A DNA stretch of 64,000 bases from Vicugna vicugna (GCA_013265495.1 MU058532.1:159902-223901), one strand, 5' to 3'; counted from the stretch's first letter, positions 37,514 through 51,597 are shown. Notes: generated by a model from the sequence alone, not told the origin. Numbers and translations: made by a program.

Positions 37514-39512
37514 AAATTGAGGAAAGAGTGCATCCAAGCACATTCTTTGATACCAAAGCCAGATAAAGACACTACAAAAAAGAAAACTTACACCAACAAT
37601 TCCTGATGAACATAGATGCAAAAAACACTTCAACTCAATATAAATACTAGTAAACTAAATTGCAAAATGCATTGAAAGGATTATAGAGCATCATCAAGGG
37701 GGTATATTCCCGAAATGCAAGGATGGTTGAACATCCACAAATCCATCAGTGTGATACACCACATTAACAAATTGAAGACTAAAAATCATATAATCATCTC
37801 AATAGTGTAGAAAAAGCTTTTGACAAAATTCAACATCCATTGTTGAATAAAACTCAACAAATTAGGGAGGTAGAGAACATACCTTAACAAAGCAAAGGCC
37901 ATATAGACAAACCTACAGCCAACATCATACTCAAAGGTGAAAAACTGAAAGCATTTTCTGTAAGATCAGAAACAAGACAAGGAAGCCCACTCTCACCACT
38001 TTTATTACTTAGTATTGGAAGTCCTAGCCACTTTCTATTTCAAGAAAGAGAAATAAAAAGAATCCAAATTGGAAAGGAAGAAGTATAATTGTCACTGTCT
38101 GCAGACAAATGACACGAAACAGAGAAAATCCTAATATGCCACCAAAAATCTATTGGAACTGATAAATGAATTCAGTAAAGTTTCACAATTCAAAATTAAT
38201 ATACAGAAATCTGTTACACCTCTATTCGCTAACAACAAACTATCAGAAAGAGAAATTAAGAAAATAATTCCGTTTATAATTACATTATAAAGAATAAAAT
38301 ATCAAGGAATAAATCTAACCCAAGAGGTAAAAGACCTGTTCTCAGAAAACTACAAGACATAGATGAAACAAACTGAAAATGACACAGACATAGGGAAGAT
38401 ATTTTGTGCTCATGGACTGGAAGAATTAATACTGTTAAAATGACCATATTACCCAGGGCAAACTACTCATTCAATGCAATCCCTACCAAAATGCCAATGA
38501 CATTTTTTATAGAACTAAGACAAATAATTCTAAAACTTATATGGAAATACGAAAGACCCCAAATAGCCAAAACAATCTTGAGAAAGAACAAAGCTGAAGG
38601 CATCACACTCCATGAGTTCAAACTACCCTTCAAAGCTATAGCAATCAAAACATGGTACTGGCACAAAAACAGACACATAGATCAATGGAGCAAAAATGAA
38701 CCCGCATTTATATGGTTAATCCATCCATCACAGAAGAGGCAAGAATACACAATGGGGAAAAGACAGTCTCTTCAATAGATGGTATTTGGAAAACTGGACA
38801 GTTACAGGCAAAAGAATCCTGAGACTGAACTGTTTTCTCACACTATATACAAAAATAAACTCAAATGGATTAAAGACTTAAATGTAAGACCTGAAACTTT
38901 TAAACTTCTAGAAGAACAATATGCTCTTTGACATTGGTCTTAGCAATATTTTTAAAACATTTCTTCTCGGTAAGGGAAGCAAAGACAAAAATAAACAAAT
39001 GGGGATTACATTAAACTAAAAAGCTTTTGTAAGCAAAGGAAAACAATTAACAAAATGAAAAGGCCATCTACTGAATGAAAGAAGATATTTGCAAATGGTA
39101 TCTCTCATAAGGGGCTAATATCCAACATATACAAAGATGTCATACAAGTTGTATGACAAGTCATGCAAGTCCTGCAACTCAACATCAGAAACAAAACCAA
39201 AGACAAACCACAAACAACCTGATTACAAAATGATCAGAGGACCTGAACAGACGTTTTCCCAAAGAAGACATACAAATGACCAACAGACACATGAAAAGAT
39301 GCTCAACATTGCCAATCGTCAGGGAAATGCAAATTAAAACCACTGTGACATAGCATTGCACAACTGTCAGAATGGGCATTACTGGAAAGACAACAGATAA
39401 TAAGTGTTGGTGAGGATGTGGAGAAAAGGGAAGCCTGTGTGCTGTTGATGGGAATGGAAATTGGTGCAGCTACTATGGAAAACAGCATGGAATTTCCCCC
39501 CAAAATTAAAAA
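36975..39512 (+). mobile_element. Degenerate L1: ORF2 endonuclease start, internal deletion, RT and C-terminal regions (non-functional)
   Basis: ATGGCAATAAGTACATACGTATCAATAATTACTTTAAATGCAAATGG (ORF2 start, ~37116); RT-region GAAAAAGCTTTTGACAAAATTCAACATCC; ORF 38404-38778 [16 protein letters not shown]...; many stops and frameshifts. Confidence 0.92.
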
Positions 39513-40706
39513 AATACTATTAGGCTTAGGTAGCAGTTCAGAGGTAAACAGTGGAAGACTGACAATAAAAATGGAGAAATCTGTGGACAACGGTGATTTT
39601 CATGTCACTCCAGTCCCAAGTAAAACACTTCATTGCTAGTAAAACACTGATGTGGTTATAGAAAGCTAGCTCTTTCAATGGACAACTCACGTTTGCTACT
39701 CTCATTTATGTGAAGCGCATTTGGAATTTATTGCTAGTTCTCTTTCAAAGCTCAGCCTAGTGGGTGAGCTCAGCACTGAGCGTTAAGAGGGGAAGAAACC
39801 AGATGAGCAGGCACTTGTGGGTGACAGGTCGTGTGGGTGCTTGGCAGGTCGGGGAGGACTGGCGGCTGCTGGGAGGAGGTGGAAGAGTGTGCGGTGGGGC
39901 CCCTCCCCCTGTTTATCACCAGGCCCTGGGCATTAGGCATGAATCCTGGGTCCACGTGGAAACCCAGCAGGACAGGGTGCTCCTCCTCAGAGCCTGACCC
40001 TGGGCTCCTTTGGGATTCTGGGCTGTCCCCCCTAGCTGTGTCCTCATGATGAATCCACTGCTCTTTGCAGAGATGGAAGCTCCAATGGGCAATGCCCCTA
40101 CCCTTGCAGCCTTGCCGCAGGTCAGCTTGAAGAAGTTGCCATCAGGCAGGTGTTGGGAAGCCCACTGAGGCCAGATGGGCAACGTGCAAGGATCTGGGAT
40201 CGGAGAGAGGGGAGTCGTATGATGTGCAACTGACACACATTCCTGTGAAATGAATGACAACCTCCAACCTGCCTCGTTTGGCTGGTGAGGTTTGGGATGC
40301 GGTGGGGAGGGGCCAGGTGCTCTGGGAAAGGCTGGCCTGTCCCTGGGGGCCTGGGTGGCGGTGGTGGGGTGAGAAAAACACATCTCCTGGGAGAAGAGTC
40401 AATGGTCTGGTTTCAACACTGATTGCCGCATCCTTCTAACACGCCTTTCTGTCCATCTGTCCCCACAATGTGGGAGGGAGGTGGGGGTACAGTCTCATCC
40501 TTTAGGGAGGAAATGGTGACCTAGAGAAATCAGTGCTTTTCCAAGCTCACTTAGCATACCCATGCTAGTCTGGGGTCATAACCTGTGGTCCTGTTTGGAT
40601 GGAAATGCCGAGACTGAGAGTCAAAATCAAAGATAACCATCAACACCTTTGTCAATGGTATTTTCAGCAGATTTGTGATTCTTTAAAAAGCAACAATAGT
40701 AAGTGA

Positions 40707-40840
40707 GGGGAGGGTATAGCTCAGTGGTAGAGCTTGTGCTTAGCATGCACGAGGTCCTGGATTCAATTCTCAGTCCCTCCATTAATCAATTCAATAAATA
40801 AGCAAATAAACCTAATTACCTCCACCCCTAAAAAGAAAAG
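40707..40840 (+). mobile_element. tRNA-Ala-derived SINE (camelid Vic-1-like)
   Basis: GGGGAGGGTATAGCTCAGTGGTAGAGC...TTAGCATGCACGAGGTCCTGG head followed by AAATAAACCTAATTACCTCCACCCC and an A tail. Confidence 0.85.
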
Positions 40841-41869
40841 TAAGCAAAATGACCAAAGCATTCTTGAACACCTGCTATGGGACACAGGGAGGGACTCATT
40901 ATAGCCAGGAGCAGTGCAGGAGCAATGCTTGTCCTCAAGGAGCTTGGACCTCGGTCAGGAGATGAGCCAGAAACACTCAGGAAAGTGAGTCAACCTCACA
41001 GGTGTTAAAATCAGCCAAGTACAGGCCAGCCAGGAACCAGGGTCCCTTTCTGGTGCAGGTGCCTACCTCCTGTGCACTTCCCAACCCTCCTACTGGCGCC
41101 AAAGAAGACATCTCATCAGTCCCACCAGTCCCCGCTTACAATTGCTCACAGGCTCCGAGGTCAGAGAACTTTGCCTGTAAATAAACCTTTAATAAAGTTG
41201 GTCCAGCTGCCGCCAGCCTCTTTCCTATCCCTGTATCCTGACCTACCGTCCAGCTTCTCATCCGGCCCCGTGGCATAAAGCAGACACGCTGTCTCCCGCC
41301 CGCGCGCCTTTCAACACGCTGTTCCCTTTGCCTGGAGTGAGTGAAAATGCCCAAAATGTAAGTAAGAAGAAGACTGCTTTTTTTAATCTGTCCAGAAAGA
41401 GTCAAGTTCATACCCTAGGAGCAGGCTTTCATCAGTCTTTGCCAGGGAAACACGTTTCCTTTAATGAATGTGTAAATCAAATGACAAATAAGTAATACAT
41501 AAAAATACGTTCTAGGGAAAACGAGGCCACTGTAATGAGAAAATGAGGCTGTTTGGGGGGCAATTTAAGGCAACCGGATGAGCTCCGTTTTCTCCCCCTT
41601 TGGAGCAGTGTCCTCAGGGGCTGGCTGTGCCGGTCCTGGTGCGGGGAGTGAGAGCAGCCTGTGACCAGAGGGCGGAGAGGCTGCTGCAGCCTGCGTGAGG
41701 GCCACGGACTTCACACTGGGAACAGTCACCCGATCAGCTTATCCAAGATGATCCGAGTCGTGGCTAAGCGGAAGGAAGGGAAGCAAGTGAGATGACTTGG
41801 CAGAGAGACATGGGCAATGGTGGAGAGGGGGAGGGGTCTATGGTCCCACACCCTGAAGCCAGCCACTTA

Positions 41870-42100
41870 TGTATGACACCTATATATATGCCAAATGGAA
41901 TAATATTTATATATAAAACCACACCTCCCCCACAGTGACCAGCTTCAGGATCTGGAGATTAGTTATTATATATATTATAGTATTTTATACACACACACTC
42001 ACACACGAAATATGTAGCATATCGCATATATATATTTAGTCATTATTTATAGCATATATGTAGTCCCTATCTATTCACTATAATATATATATATTCTACC
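41870..42100. repeat. AT-rich (TA)n-like low-complexity tracts
   Basis: Multiple TATATA runs. Confidence 0.7.
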
Positions 42101-45100
42101 ATTAAGTACTGTGTTGTCCTTTTAAAGAAAACTGTTTCAGATCCTGGAACTAGCCCTTCAAGCTTCAGGGTTTGAGGTCATCTGTGCAAAACTCTGTATG
42201 ATTAGTTAAGGGACTTAGGCAATCACTCGTGCCAACCTGATCATAAATAAATATAACCGTGAAATATCAGCGGGGCTACTAAAATCCCCTAGATCACCCA
42301 GGTGATCCGGAATATGTTTAGTTTGAATTTCTAGATTATTGCAGTGAAAATAATATAATTAAGAAATTGTCTTTACCCAGTGCCCCTGTGAGCATGCACC
42401 CACAGAGCCTCAGCAATGGGGAAACGGAGGCATTGTGGTCTAGTCCAATGCCAAATTCTAGGACAATTTGGTCTAGCAAAATTCCTCTAAGGGAGGAAAA
42501 GTCTCCTGGGTCTGTGGAACACCTCAGTGGCTCTTTGGTTATATAAACATTAACCTGAGTGGGAGAGGTTAAGGCAGACATTCCTTTGTGGTCCTGGAGG
42601 GACAGAGGGTTTGACTTTGGGGTCAGTGAATGGGGAAGGGGAACAGCTTCCCTGCAGAGGGTGGGAACGAGTCCCAGCAATATGGCCACAGGCTGGCACC
42701 CAGGAGAAGAGGCAGGGGTTCCTGTGCCCAGGAGAGGAAGGAACTGATGAATTAATGAATCCAACATTTGGGCTCAGCTCTTCCTAATCCCAAAACATCG
42801 GGCACAGACGGTTGGATCCAATAGCATGCTGTGAGCTGTGCTTGGAGAAGGAAGAGGCTGCGTGCGCTCTGGAGGAAGGAGTAGAAAACCGGGGTCCGGG
42901 GAGAGGGGTGATGGAGGGTAGGGGGAAGGGAGGTTGGAGGGGAGGGGGAGCTGTGCAACTGCAGGGATGAGGGGGGAGGGGCTGACAGCTAAGGTAAGAG
43001 CAGGAGTTTGAGGTGGGAGTGGGGAGACAGGCACTTGGCGGTACCGGGCAGTCCTGGGAAGGCACTAGGCATCCCCAATTCCACCGGAGATGTGGGTTGG
43101 GCCAAAAATTCAAGTTACCTGGATGGGGAATCTTTCACCCTGAACATCGGGCGGTTCCACTGCTAACTTAGGGAGAAACTCTTAGTTACTTGTGTCATTC
43201 ATGGCTTAACGAATCTTAAAATCTCCATTGGCTTCTTTTAAGATATTTACTAATGTAAATGAAATACACCAATTCAATTTAATTCTCCAGATTTATTCCG
43301 TGTGTTGATATTGTGTTCTGTGATGTTGAATGGCTATGTTCTATCTTTAAATAAATGAATTCAGAGAAAAAATAACCTCCTCTATTCTTGTGACAATGGA
43401 CAGTCTAACTAGAGTTTGGGGGTCTGTATAGAGAAGTAATCAGAGAGAAGCTGGAAGAAGTTGGTTAGGGCCAGATCACTCTATAATACTGTTTGCCATA
43501 GATTTCAAAATACTGCTGTGTGACCCTGTGACGTGTTTAGAAAAGTGAGACATTAACTTCACACCCTAAGAGTGGTTAATAAGCAATCACGAACTTAACA
43601 CTCGACAGGCAACTTTAGCAAGTGCTTCAGACGTCATTGTATAAATCTGCACAGAGAGCCTGTTAGCCTGTGAGGTATTAGAAATAATTTTTCATTGGTG
43701 GAATAAGTGGTCTTTAGGACACGTGGTTGCTAGAAAGACTGCATGAGCACCTACATGATGAGGTGTGAGGATGGGGGTCTCAGAAGCCCTCCCCTCCAGC
43801 CGAGCTTTCAGTGCGGCCTCTGCTGGGTCCTCAGCTCCGCCCCTCCCTGTGGGGGACGCTCTCTCCTGACTGAGCAGAAGGCTTGATGCAGAGGCGCTCA
43901 CAGGGTCGGGCTCACAGCGGACCTTGCGGGCAAGATGCTCGTAGGGGAGCCTGAAAGGACACAGAGCAGGACTTTGCCAAGGCGCTAGGGCCGGGGGCAG
44001 TGGCTGTTTTCATACCTGCTGACAACTGTCTTGTTCGTGTTGTGCTCACAGTGACATTCGCGGTTGACGAGAAGGGAAGCTGCTGCTCGCACCGTCTGGT
44101 CAGTTTGCAGCACGTGGGTCATCTTGACATGTATGCAAATGGTGTTTAGCATTTAAACCACTGGCCATAAGGGAGTCATTGGAGATTTCGGGGGCTGAGG
44201 GCCAAGAAACTGGGGAGGGGAGATGAGTTAAGACCAGGGTAGAGCCAAGAAGCTGGTGGACCCCAAGCTAGGGCTTCTGCAAGGTCAGAGCCCACGGGGT
44301 CCTCAATTCCTCTGAGCCCGAGGCTGGCCCCGCACTTCCCGAGTCTGAGGGGATGCAAGGAGAAGCCAACTCAACCCTCTGGTGACAAAGACACACTGTG
44401 ATTAGTCAGGAGGATGCTGTCCCAGACACACGGATTGCATTTCCTCCCAGCTGAATGTGGGGGTGGGGGTAGGGGTGGGATTCAGAGCAGGGCCAAAGTG
44501 GACGGCAGGTAGCCTGAGCTTCGCCAAAAGTCACACGTTGAAGCTGGGAGGAAGGCTGGGAGGTTCAAACTCTCCTACAGCAAGTTTGTGATTCCTCCCC
44601 TTTCGAGATGGAACCGGGGCTGCAATGGCCTCTGAAAAGAGCTAGTGTGAAGTCGTCTTCATAAAGAAATGAAGGAACAGGGAGGTGCCCTGTGGGACCT
44701 GGGGATGGACTGCAGGGCACAGGACCCCTTCCTGCTTCCCGCTCTGGCAGGTCTGACATTCTCTCCCCGACTCTCTTGCTGTGAGATTCACTTCCAAAGT
44801 TCGGCTGTTTTTCAGTTGGAGGCAACAGTTTCCCTGATCAAAACTCATGAGCTGTGCAATGCACATGCTATTGCTCCCTGGGGTGGGTTTTCAAAAATTT
44901 GCAGGAAATAGAGTAGAACAAATACATAGGCTGGGAAATTGGCTGGTCTCCCCCGGCCACCCCCTCCTTCTCTCTTCTCAAGCTGAGTTTGCAGGACAGA
45001 GTGGGGAAACCTTTAGAAATCTTGAGCACTTGGCTTTTTTGTAATTTTCAGGAACCTGTGGACATTTGGAGACTTAAGCTCAGACTAGATCCCACGTCTG

Positions 45101-45189
45101 GAGGTATATTAAGGACTGGTACCCAGTGATTTTTTTTTCCTCAGGATTTCTCTCTCTCCCTACTCACAGCACTGTCATGAAGAGTGAAA

Positions 45190-47113
45190 GCTGAATAATC
45201 AAAACCATATGATATTGGCATAAAAACAGACACACAGATCAGTGGACCAGAGTCAAGAGCCCAGAAATAAATCCACATGGTCAGTTAATTTATGACAAAG
45301 GGGCCAGGAGCATGCAATAGGGAAAGACCAATCTCTTCAATAAATGGTGTTGGGAAAACTGGACAGCTGCACGCAAAAGAGTGAAGCTGAATCACTGTCT
45401 TACACTATGCACAAAAATTAACTCAAAATGAATTAAAGATTTGAATGTAATACCTGAAACCATAAAACTCCTAGAAGGAAACATAGGCAGCACACTCTTT
45501 GACATCAGTCTTCGTGGTGATTTTTTGGATATGTTTCCTTAGGCAAGGGAAATAAAAGCAAAAGTAAACAAACTAAAAAGCTTTGAACAGTGAATGAAAC
45601 TATCCACACAACAAAAAGGCCACCTACTAAATGGGAGAAGATACTCGCAAATGACGTATCAGATAAGGGGATAATCTAAAATATACAAAATGTATTTTAT
45701 TACCTATATTAATATCTAAAATATACAAAGAACTCCTACAACTCAACATCAAAAAACAATCTGACTAAAAATTGGGCAGACAACCTTAACAAACATTTTC
45801 CCAAAGAAGACATACAGATGGCCAACAGACAGAAAAGTTGCTTAACAGCACTAATTACCAGGGAAATGCATATCAACCCACAGTGAGATACTACCTCACA
45901 CCCGTCAAAATGATGAATGTCAAAAAGACAGCAAATAACAAGTGTTGGTGAGGGTGTAGAGAAAAGGGAACCCTTGTGCACTGTTGGTGGGAATGTAAAC
46001 TGGTACAGCCACCATGGAAAACAGGATGGAGTTTACTGAGAAAGTTAAAAACAGAACTACATATGATTCAGAAATTCCATTCCTGTGTATTTATCCAAAG
46101 AAAATGAAAAAACTCATTCAAAAAAATATATGTACCCTTATGTTCACTGCACCATTACATACAATAGCCAAGACATGGAATCAACCTAAATGTCTACCAA
46201 CTGATGAATGGATAAAGATGTGCAATACACAACACACAATGGAATATTACCGGCCATGAAAAGGATGAAATCTTGCCATTTGTGATAACATGGATGGGCC
46301 TAGAGGGTATCATGTTAAATGAAATAAATCAGACAGAGAAAGACAAATATTGTAAGATTTTCCTTATATATGGAATCTAAAAAACAAAACAAAGGAACAA
46401 ACATAACAAAACAGCAACAGACTCATAGATACAGAGAACAAACAGGTGGTTTCCAGAGGGGAGGGTAGTAGAGGGAGGAGAGAAATAGGTGAGGGAGATT
46501 AATAGGTACAAACTTCCAGTTACAGAATAAATGGGTCACAGGTATGACATGTACAGCACGGGGAATATAGTCAATAATTGTGTAATATTTGTATATGGTG
46601 ACATATGGTAACCAGATTTATCATCATGATCATTTTGTAATGTATAGAAATATCTAATCACTATGTTGTGTACCAGGGACCAAGATGGTGTTGTCGGTCA
46701 ATTGTACTTCAGAAACAAACAAGCTCATAGAAAAAGAGATCAGATTTGTGATCACCAGAAGTGGGACTCGAGGGGAGAGGGAGTTGGATGAAGGTGATTA
46801 AAAGGTGCAAAGGTCCAGTTACAAGAGAAGTAAGTCCTGGGGATGTAATGTACAGCATCATAAATATAATTAACAAGGCTGTGTGCTACATATGAAAATT
46901 GTGTAGAGTAAATCCTAAGAACTCTCATCATAAGGAAAACAATTTTTTTCTATTTCTTTAATTTTTTATCTCTATGAGATGATGGCTGTTCACTCAACTT
47001 ATTGTGATAGTCATTTCATGATGTATGTAAGTCAAATCATTTCTCTGTACACCTGAAACATATACAGTGCTATAGGTCAATTATGTCTCAATAAAACTGG
47101 AAGAAGAATAAAA
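45190..47113 (+). mobile_element. L1 3' portion (ORF2 C-terminus and long 3' UTR), degenerate
   Basis: TATTGGCATAAAAACAGACAC...CTCTTCAATAAATGGTGTTGGGAAAACTGGACAG...GGAATATTAC...TCAATAAAACTGGAAGAAGAATAAAA. Confidence 0.9.
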
Positions 47114-47279
47114 TAACAACTAGTTAACCATCGCTGAGAGTTTGGCATATACCAGGCAGGTACTTCTGCTGGAGTAACTCATTCAATCCTCACAGCTGTT
47201 TAGGAGAGCGATTACTAATCTCCCATTTTATGGATGAGAAAACTGAGATTTAGGTTAGATTTTTTCCCCTAAAGTCATT

Positions 47280-47687
47280 GTAGTGGGTTGAATGGTGGCC
47301 CCCAAAAGATACGTCTAAATTCTTGGGACCTGTGAATGAGACATTATTTGGAATAGAGTCTTTTCCGATATATTTAAGGATTCTGAGATGAGATTATCCT
47401 GGATTACCAGGGTGAGCCCTAAATCCAATGACAATTTTCCTTATGATAGACAGAGGAAGAGAAGGGAAAGATGGAGCCAGAGTTTGGAGTGATGCAGCCA
47501 GGAGCCTAGGAGTGCCCAGAGCCACAGAAGCCGGAAGAAGCAAGGAAGTACCCTCCCCTGGAGCCCGCGGAGGGAGTGCAGCCCTGCTGGCACCTTGAAC
47601 CCGATTTCCATGACTGAGGGAATACATTTCTGTGTTTTAAGACACCCAGTTTGTAGTAGTCTGTTACAGCAGCCCTAGGAATCCAAT
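47280..47687 (+). mobile_element. MLT1B/C-like MaLR LTR
   Basis: TGTAGTGGGTTGAATGGTGGCCCCCAAAAGATA...GAGATTATCCTGGATTA...CTAAATCCAATGACA...TGTTACAGCAGCCCTAGGAA. Confidence 0.85.
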
Positions 47688-47828
47688 GCTTACAGTGCTA
47701 TAGCTCTTAAGTGACGGAGTGAAGGTGCCATAAATGTTAAAGCTGTCATTATAGAAAAATAATCAGCGACGTCCAATAAGAATTGTACTATATTATCAGA
47801 TAAAAAATAACCTAAAGATATGTATATA

Positions 47829-48034
47829 CAGTTGATTCTTGAGCAACATGGGTCAACTTACACACAGTTTTTTTCAATAAATACATAGAGTGCTATGTGA
47901 ATCGAGGTTGGTTGAATTCGAGAATTTGCAGCTGAGGGTACAGAGGGCTGCCTGTGGGACCTGAGCGTCTGTGGATTTTGGTATCCAAGGCAGGTCCTGG
48001 AACCAGTCTTCCCTGGATACTGAGGGGCGACTGT
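47829..48034. mobile_element. Tigger/MER2-like TcMar DNA transposon remnant
   Basis: TA-CAGTTGATTCTTGAGCAAC start; GATACTGAGGGGCGACTG end. Confidence 0.65.
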
Positions 48035-48044
48035 GCATGTCTTT

Positions 48045-48165
48045 AAATATGTATATTAGCTATATTAATATTAATTAAATATATCAACTAATTAATTAAA
48101 TATATTACTTAATACATTAAATAAATATTATATATATTAAATATATATATATAGAATATATTATT
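48045..48165. repeat. AT-rich low-complexity tract
   Basis: Almost exclusively A/T. Confidence 0.8.
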
Positions 48166-49490
48166 CGTGGTTACCTCAGAATAATGGAATTACTTTTCTT
48201 CTTGAGTTTTTCTCCATTTTCCAGTTATCAATGAATTAATGAATATGTATTACTTTGACAAAACATAATTTTAAAATGTTCTTAGAAAGAGGTTCAGGGG
48301 ACTCAGATGTACTCACTCATCTGACTGGTGAGGTCACTGAATGACAGGCCGGGCTTCCTGTAAGGTCCCCAGGGAGCAGGGTTCTTGCAAAAGCCCCATT
48401 CTCTCAGTGGTTCTGGCCACCAGAATTCCCACATTCTCTGCAAAATCAAGCCTACAGATTCCTTGTAAGGATCACAAGGCCCACGATTAATTGTTTTCAT
48501 TTAGGAATTATGTACATATATATACAGTAACACCTCCTATTAAAAGATGTGTTCCAGAAAAGTTGTGTATAAATGAAGTTTCAGTAGATTGAAGTGTGCT
48601 GAAAATGCAGCAGATTAGCTGTTTATATAAAGCCCCTCGGACATTTTTGTGAAGCAGATTATTATCTTTCTTCACGCCCACCCCTGCTGCCCACCATCTC
48701 TGTTCCTGAAGTCCTGGGTCATCGGGACACTGGATCTCCTTGAAGGGAGAGAAGCCTCCCCTCCCCCACCTCTGGCAGCCTCGCTATTAAACACAGCGGG
48801 TCAGACATTGGCAGGCTCAGCCCAGGCCTGTGACCCCACACCTGACACACGTCCCACAGGCATGATGAGCCCCCAGCTGCATCTGTCCGCATGGATGCGT
48901 GTCTTGGGATGTGGGTGGAGATGCAGGGAAGTGATGTTCATTTGAAGGGGACCCGCACCTCTGTTTGCAGGGCCAAGGCAGGGAGGTGGTGGGGAGGTAA
49001 GGCCTAGAGAAGGAGCTGCAGGGGAGCCAGAAGGCATGAGTGGGCTGGATGGCAGGTCTTAGCTCAGGTTCCCATGGGTCTGAGCAGTGCCTCTCAGGGC
49101 TTCCTGCCTCCAGCCCTGCAGAGTCCAGCAGGCATCCATGGCTGCACCCACCCTGATGGGCGGTCTGTTTCTGTGTGAGCAAAGACCAGGGACGTTGGGC
49201 TGGGCAGTTCCAGGGCCCTACAAATGAGCCACTGTCTTGCTTAGTTTTGTTTTTTAAGTGATATGATGTACTTTAAAAGGGGAGGCAGGTCAGAGGTGAT
49301 TTACTCTCACAACTACTCCTTCACATATTCCTACGTGGATGCTTTCTTTTAGTTTTATGTGTAAAGTTTCTTTTTTTTTTTTAAGATCTAAATATAATAA
49401 ATGATGCATTAGATATTTTCAAATAATATCCAGGCTGAAACCAAAAATCTCAGACTGGCAAAAGACACTGCCAATTTTTGCAGTGTCCCT

Positions 49491-50430
49491 TTTATTTTTA
49501 TTTTTTTAATCTTTTTTAAACTGGGATATAGTCAGTTTACAATGTTGTGTCAGTTTCTGGTGTACAGCATCATGTTTCAGTCATACATGTACGTACATAT
49601 ATTCCTTTTCATATTCTTTTTCATTATAGGTTACTACAAGATACTGAATATAGATCCCTGCATAAACAGTATAAACTTGTTGTTTATCTATTTTATAGAT
49701 AGAAGTTAGTATCTGTAAATTTCAATCTCCCAATTTATCCCTTCCCACCCCTTTTACCCCCTGGTAACCATAAGTTTGTTTTTATGTCTGTGAGTCTTTC
49801 TGTTTCATAAATGAGTTCATTTGTCTTTCTTTTTAATATTCCATGTATAAGTGATATATGGTATTTGTCTTTCTCTCTCTGGCTTGCTTCAGTTAGAATG
49901 ACGATCTCCAGATCCATCCATGTTGCTGCAAATGGCATTATTTCATTCTTTTATATGGCTGAGTAATATTCCTTTGTATATATACACTACATCTTCTTTA
50001 TCCAGTCATCTGTCAATGGACATTTAGGTTGTTTCCATGTCTTGGTTATTGTAAATAGTGCTGCTGTGAACACTAGGGTGTATGTGTCTTTTCAAATTAG
50101 TGTTTTCCAGATATACACCCAGGAGTGGGATTGCTAAATCATATGGTAAGTCTATTTTTAGTTTTTAAAGGAACCTCCATAATCTCCTCCATAGTGGCTG
50201 CACAAATTTACATTCCCACCAACAGTGTAGAAGGGTTCCATTTTCTCCACACCTTTTCCAGCATTTTTTTTTGTAGACTTTTTAATGGTGGCCATCCTGA
50301 TGGGTGTGAGGTGATACCTCATTGTAGTTTTGATTTGCATTTCTCTAATAATTAGTGAAGCTGAGCATCTTTTCATGTACATGTTGACCATCTGGATACC
50401 TTTTTTGGAAAGATGGCTATTTAGGTCTTC
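49491..50430 (-). mobile_element. 5'-truncated L1
   Basis: T-rich tail; minus ORFs MPFAATWMDLE and [16 protein letters not shown] (L1 ORF2 C-terminus); imperfect TSD TGCAGTGTCC (49479) / TGCAGAGTCC (50431). Confidence 0.9.
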
Positions 50431-50900
50431 TGCAGAGTCCTTTTCAAATGAAAATATTGTCCATTGCTTTTAAGAACAATTATTAAATGATTTGACTCTG
50501 AAATTGACAGACTTTTCCCCTCTGTCCAAACAGTCCCATCTGTCCCATTAAGTCAGGAGGAATTCCTGCATTGTCCTAGGGAGTTGGAAGCCCCTCCAGG
50601 AGGGCCAGAGAGTGGACTTGGATGGTGCCCAGCCAGCCAGGAATTAAGGAGTCAGGACGGCTCAGCTAAGGGTAAGGCCACTCCATGACGCACAGGTAAC
50701 TCAGCATTTATGACTCAGGACAGGACACCAGAAACCCCCTTGTGACTTCCCCAGAAGGACCACCTGTTCTTACCATCCCCATATGCTAAGGGTGTCAGTG
50801 CAGCACACAGAGAGATGGCTTGCAGAGAAGACGCAGATCCTCACCTGGTGACGGCATGTGGAGCGCCAACTCCCAGGTGGGAAATAAGAGAGTCATATGG

Positions 50901-51542
50901 TGTCAGACCTACTGCCTGAGCTGACATCAGAATTTTTAAGTCTAAACTTAATGCATAAAATACAAGGGCTTAGTGTGAACCCCACATGTGCAGTGTTGAA
51001 GAAAACAAATAGCTCTTTGGACGTCAAAGTGTGAAGGAAAAGCCCAGCTGGGTTAACAGCTAAGTCACAAATCTAAGTGCAACAAGTGTCGGATTACTGA
51101 TCTGAGTTCTGCTGGGCTAACTCATAAATCTGAAGTTTAGTGTCAGTCTATTGGGCTAACGAGCTCAGTCACAAATCTAAGTGTGATAAGTGTCGGTTTA
51201 CTGATATAAGTTCTGCCGGGCTAACTTGTAAATCTAAAGTTTAGTGTCAGTTTACTGGGCTAACAAGCTAACTCGTAAATCCAAGCTCAACAAGTGTCAG
51301 TAACGTGATCTGTTCTGTTCCAAATAGCTCCAGTGTACTGATTCCTTGCTTTTTGTTGTTTGAGCCTTATTGGCTAATAGCCCTATACTTGTAATTAACC
51401 CTATAAAACCTCATATACACGTCCTGGAGGTGCTCAGAGCTTCGGAGCAGAAGCCCCTCTGAGCCCGCCAGCGTAATAAATCTGAGTACTCCAACCCTCC
51501 GAGTGGTGCTTGTTTCTTGGCTGGCCTGTCGTTTCCGTAACA
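50901..51542 (+). mobile_element. ERV LTR with internal ~103-bp tandem repeats (5' boundary uncertain)
   Basis: TATA-like CTATAAAA at 51401, AATAAA at 51475-51480, 3' end TTCCGTAACA; no TSD found for this start. Confidence 0.65.
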
Positions 51543-51597
51543 GCAGGAGTGTCGGCTAGCTCACCTACCTAGACAGCTGTTTGTCAGACACTGAGTC

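Noticed and set aside
38404..38778. 124-aa ORF as a gene
   Set aside because: Residual frame of a decayed L1 ORF2.
42890..42982. G-rich tract with quadruplex potential
   Set aside because: Common low-complexity sequence with no associated feature.
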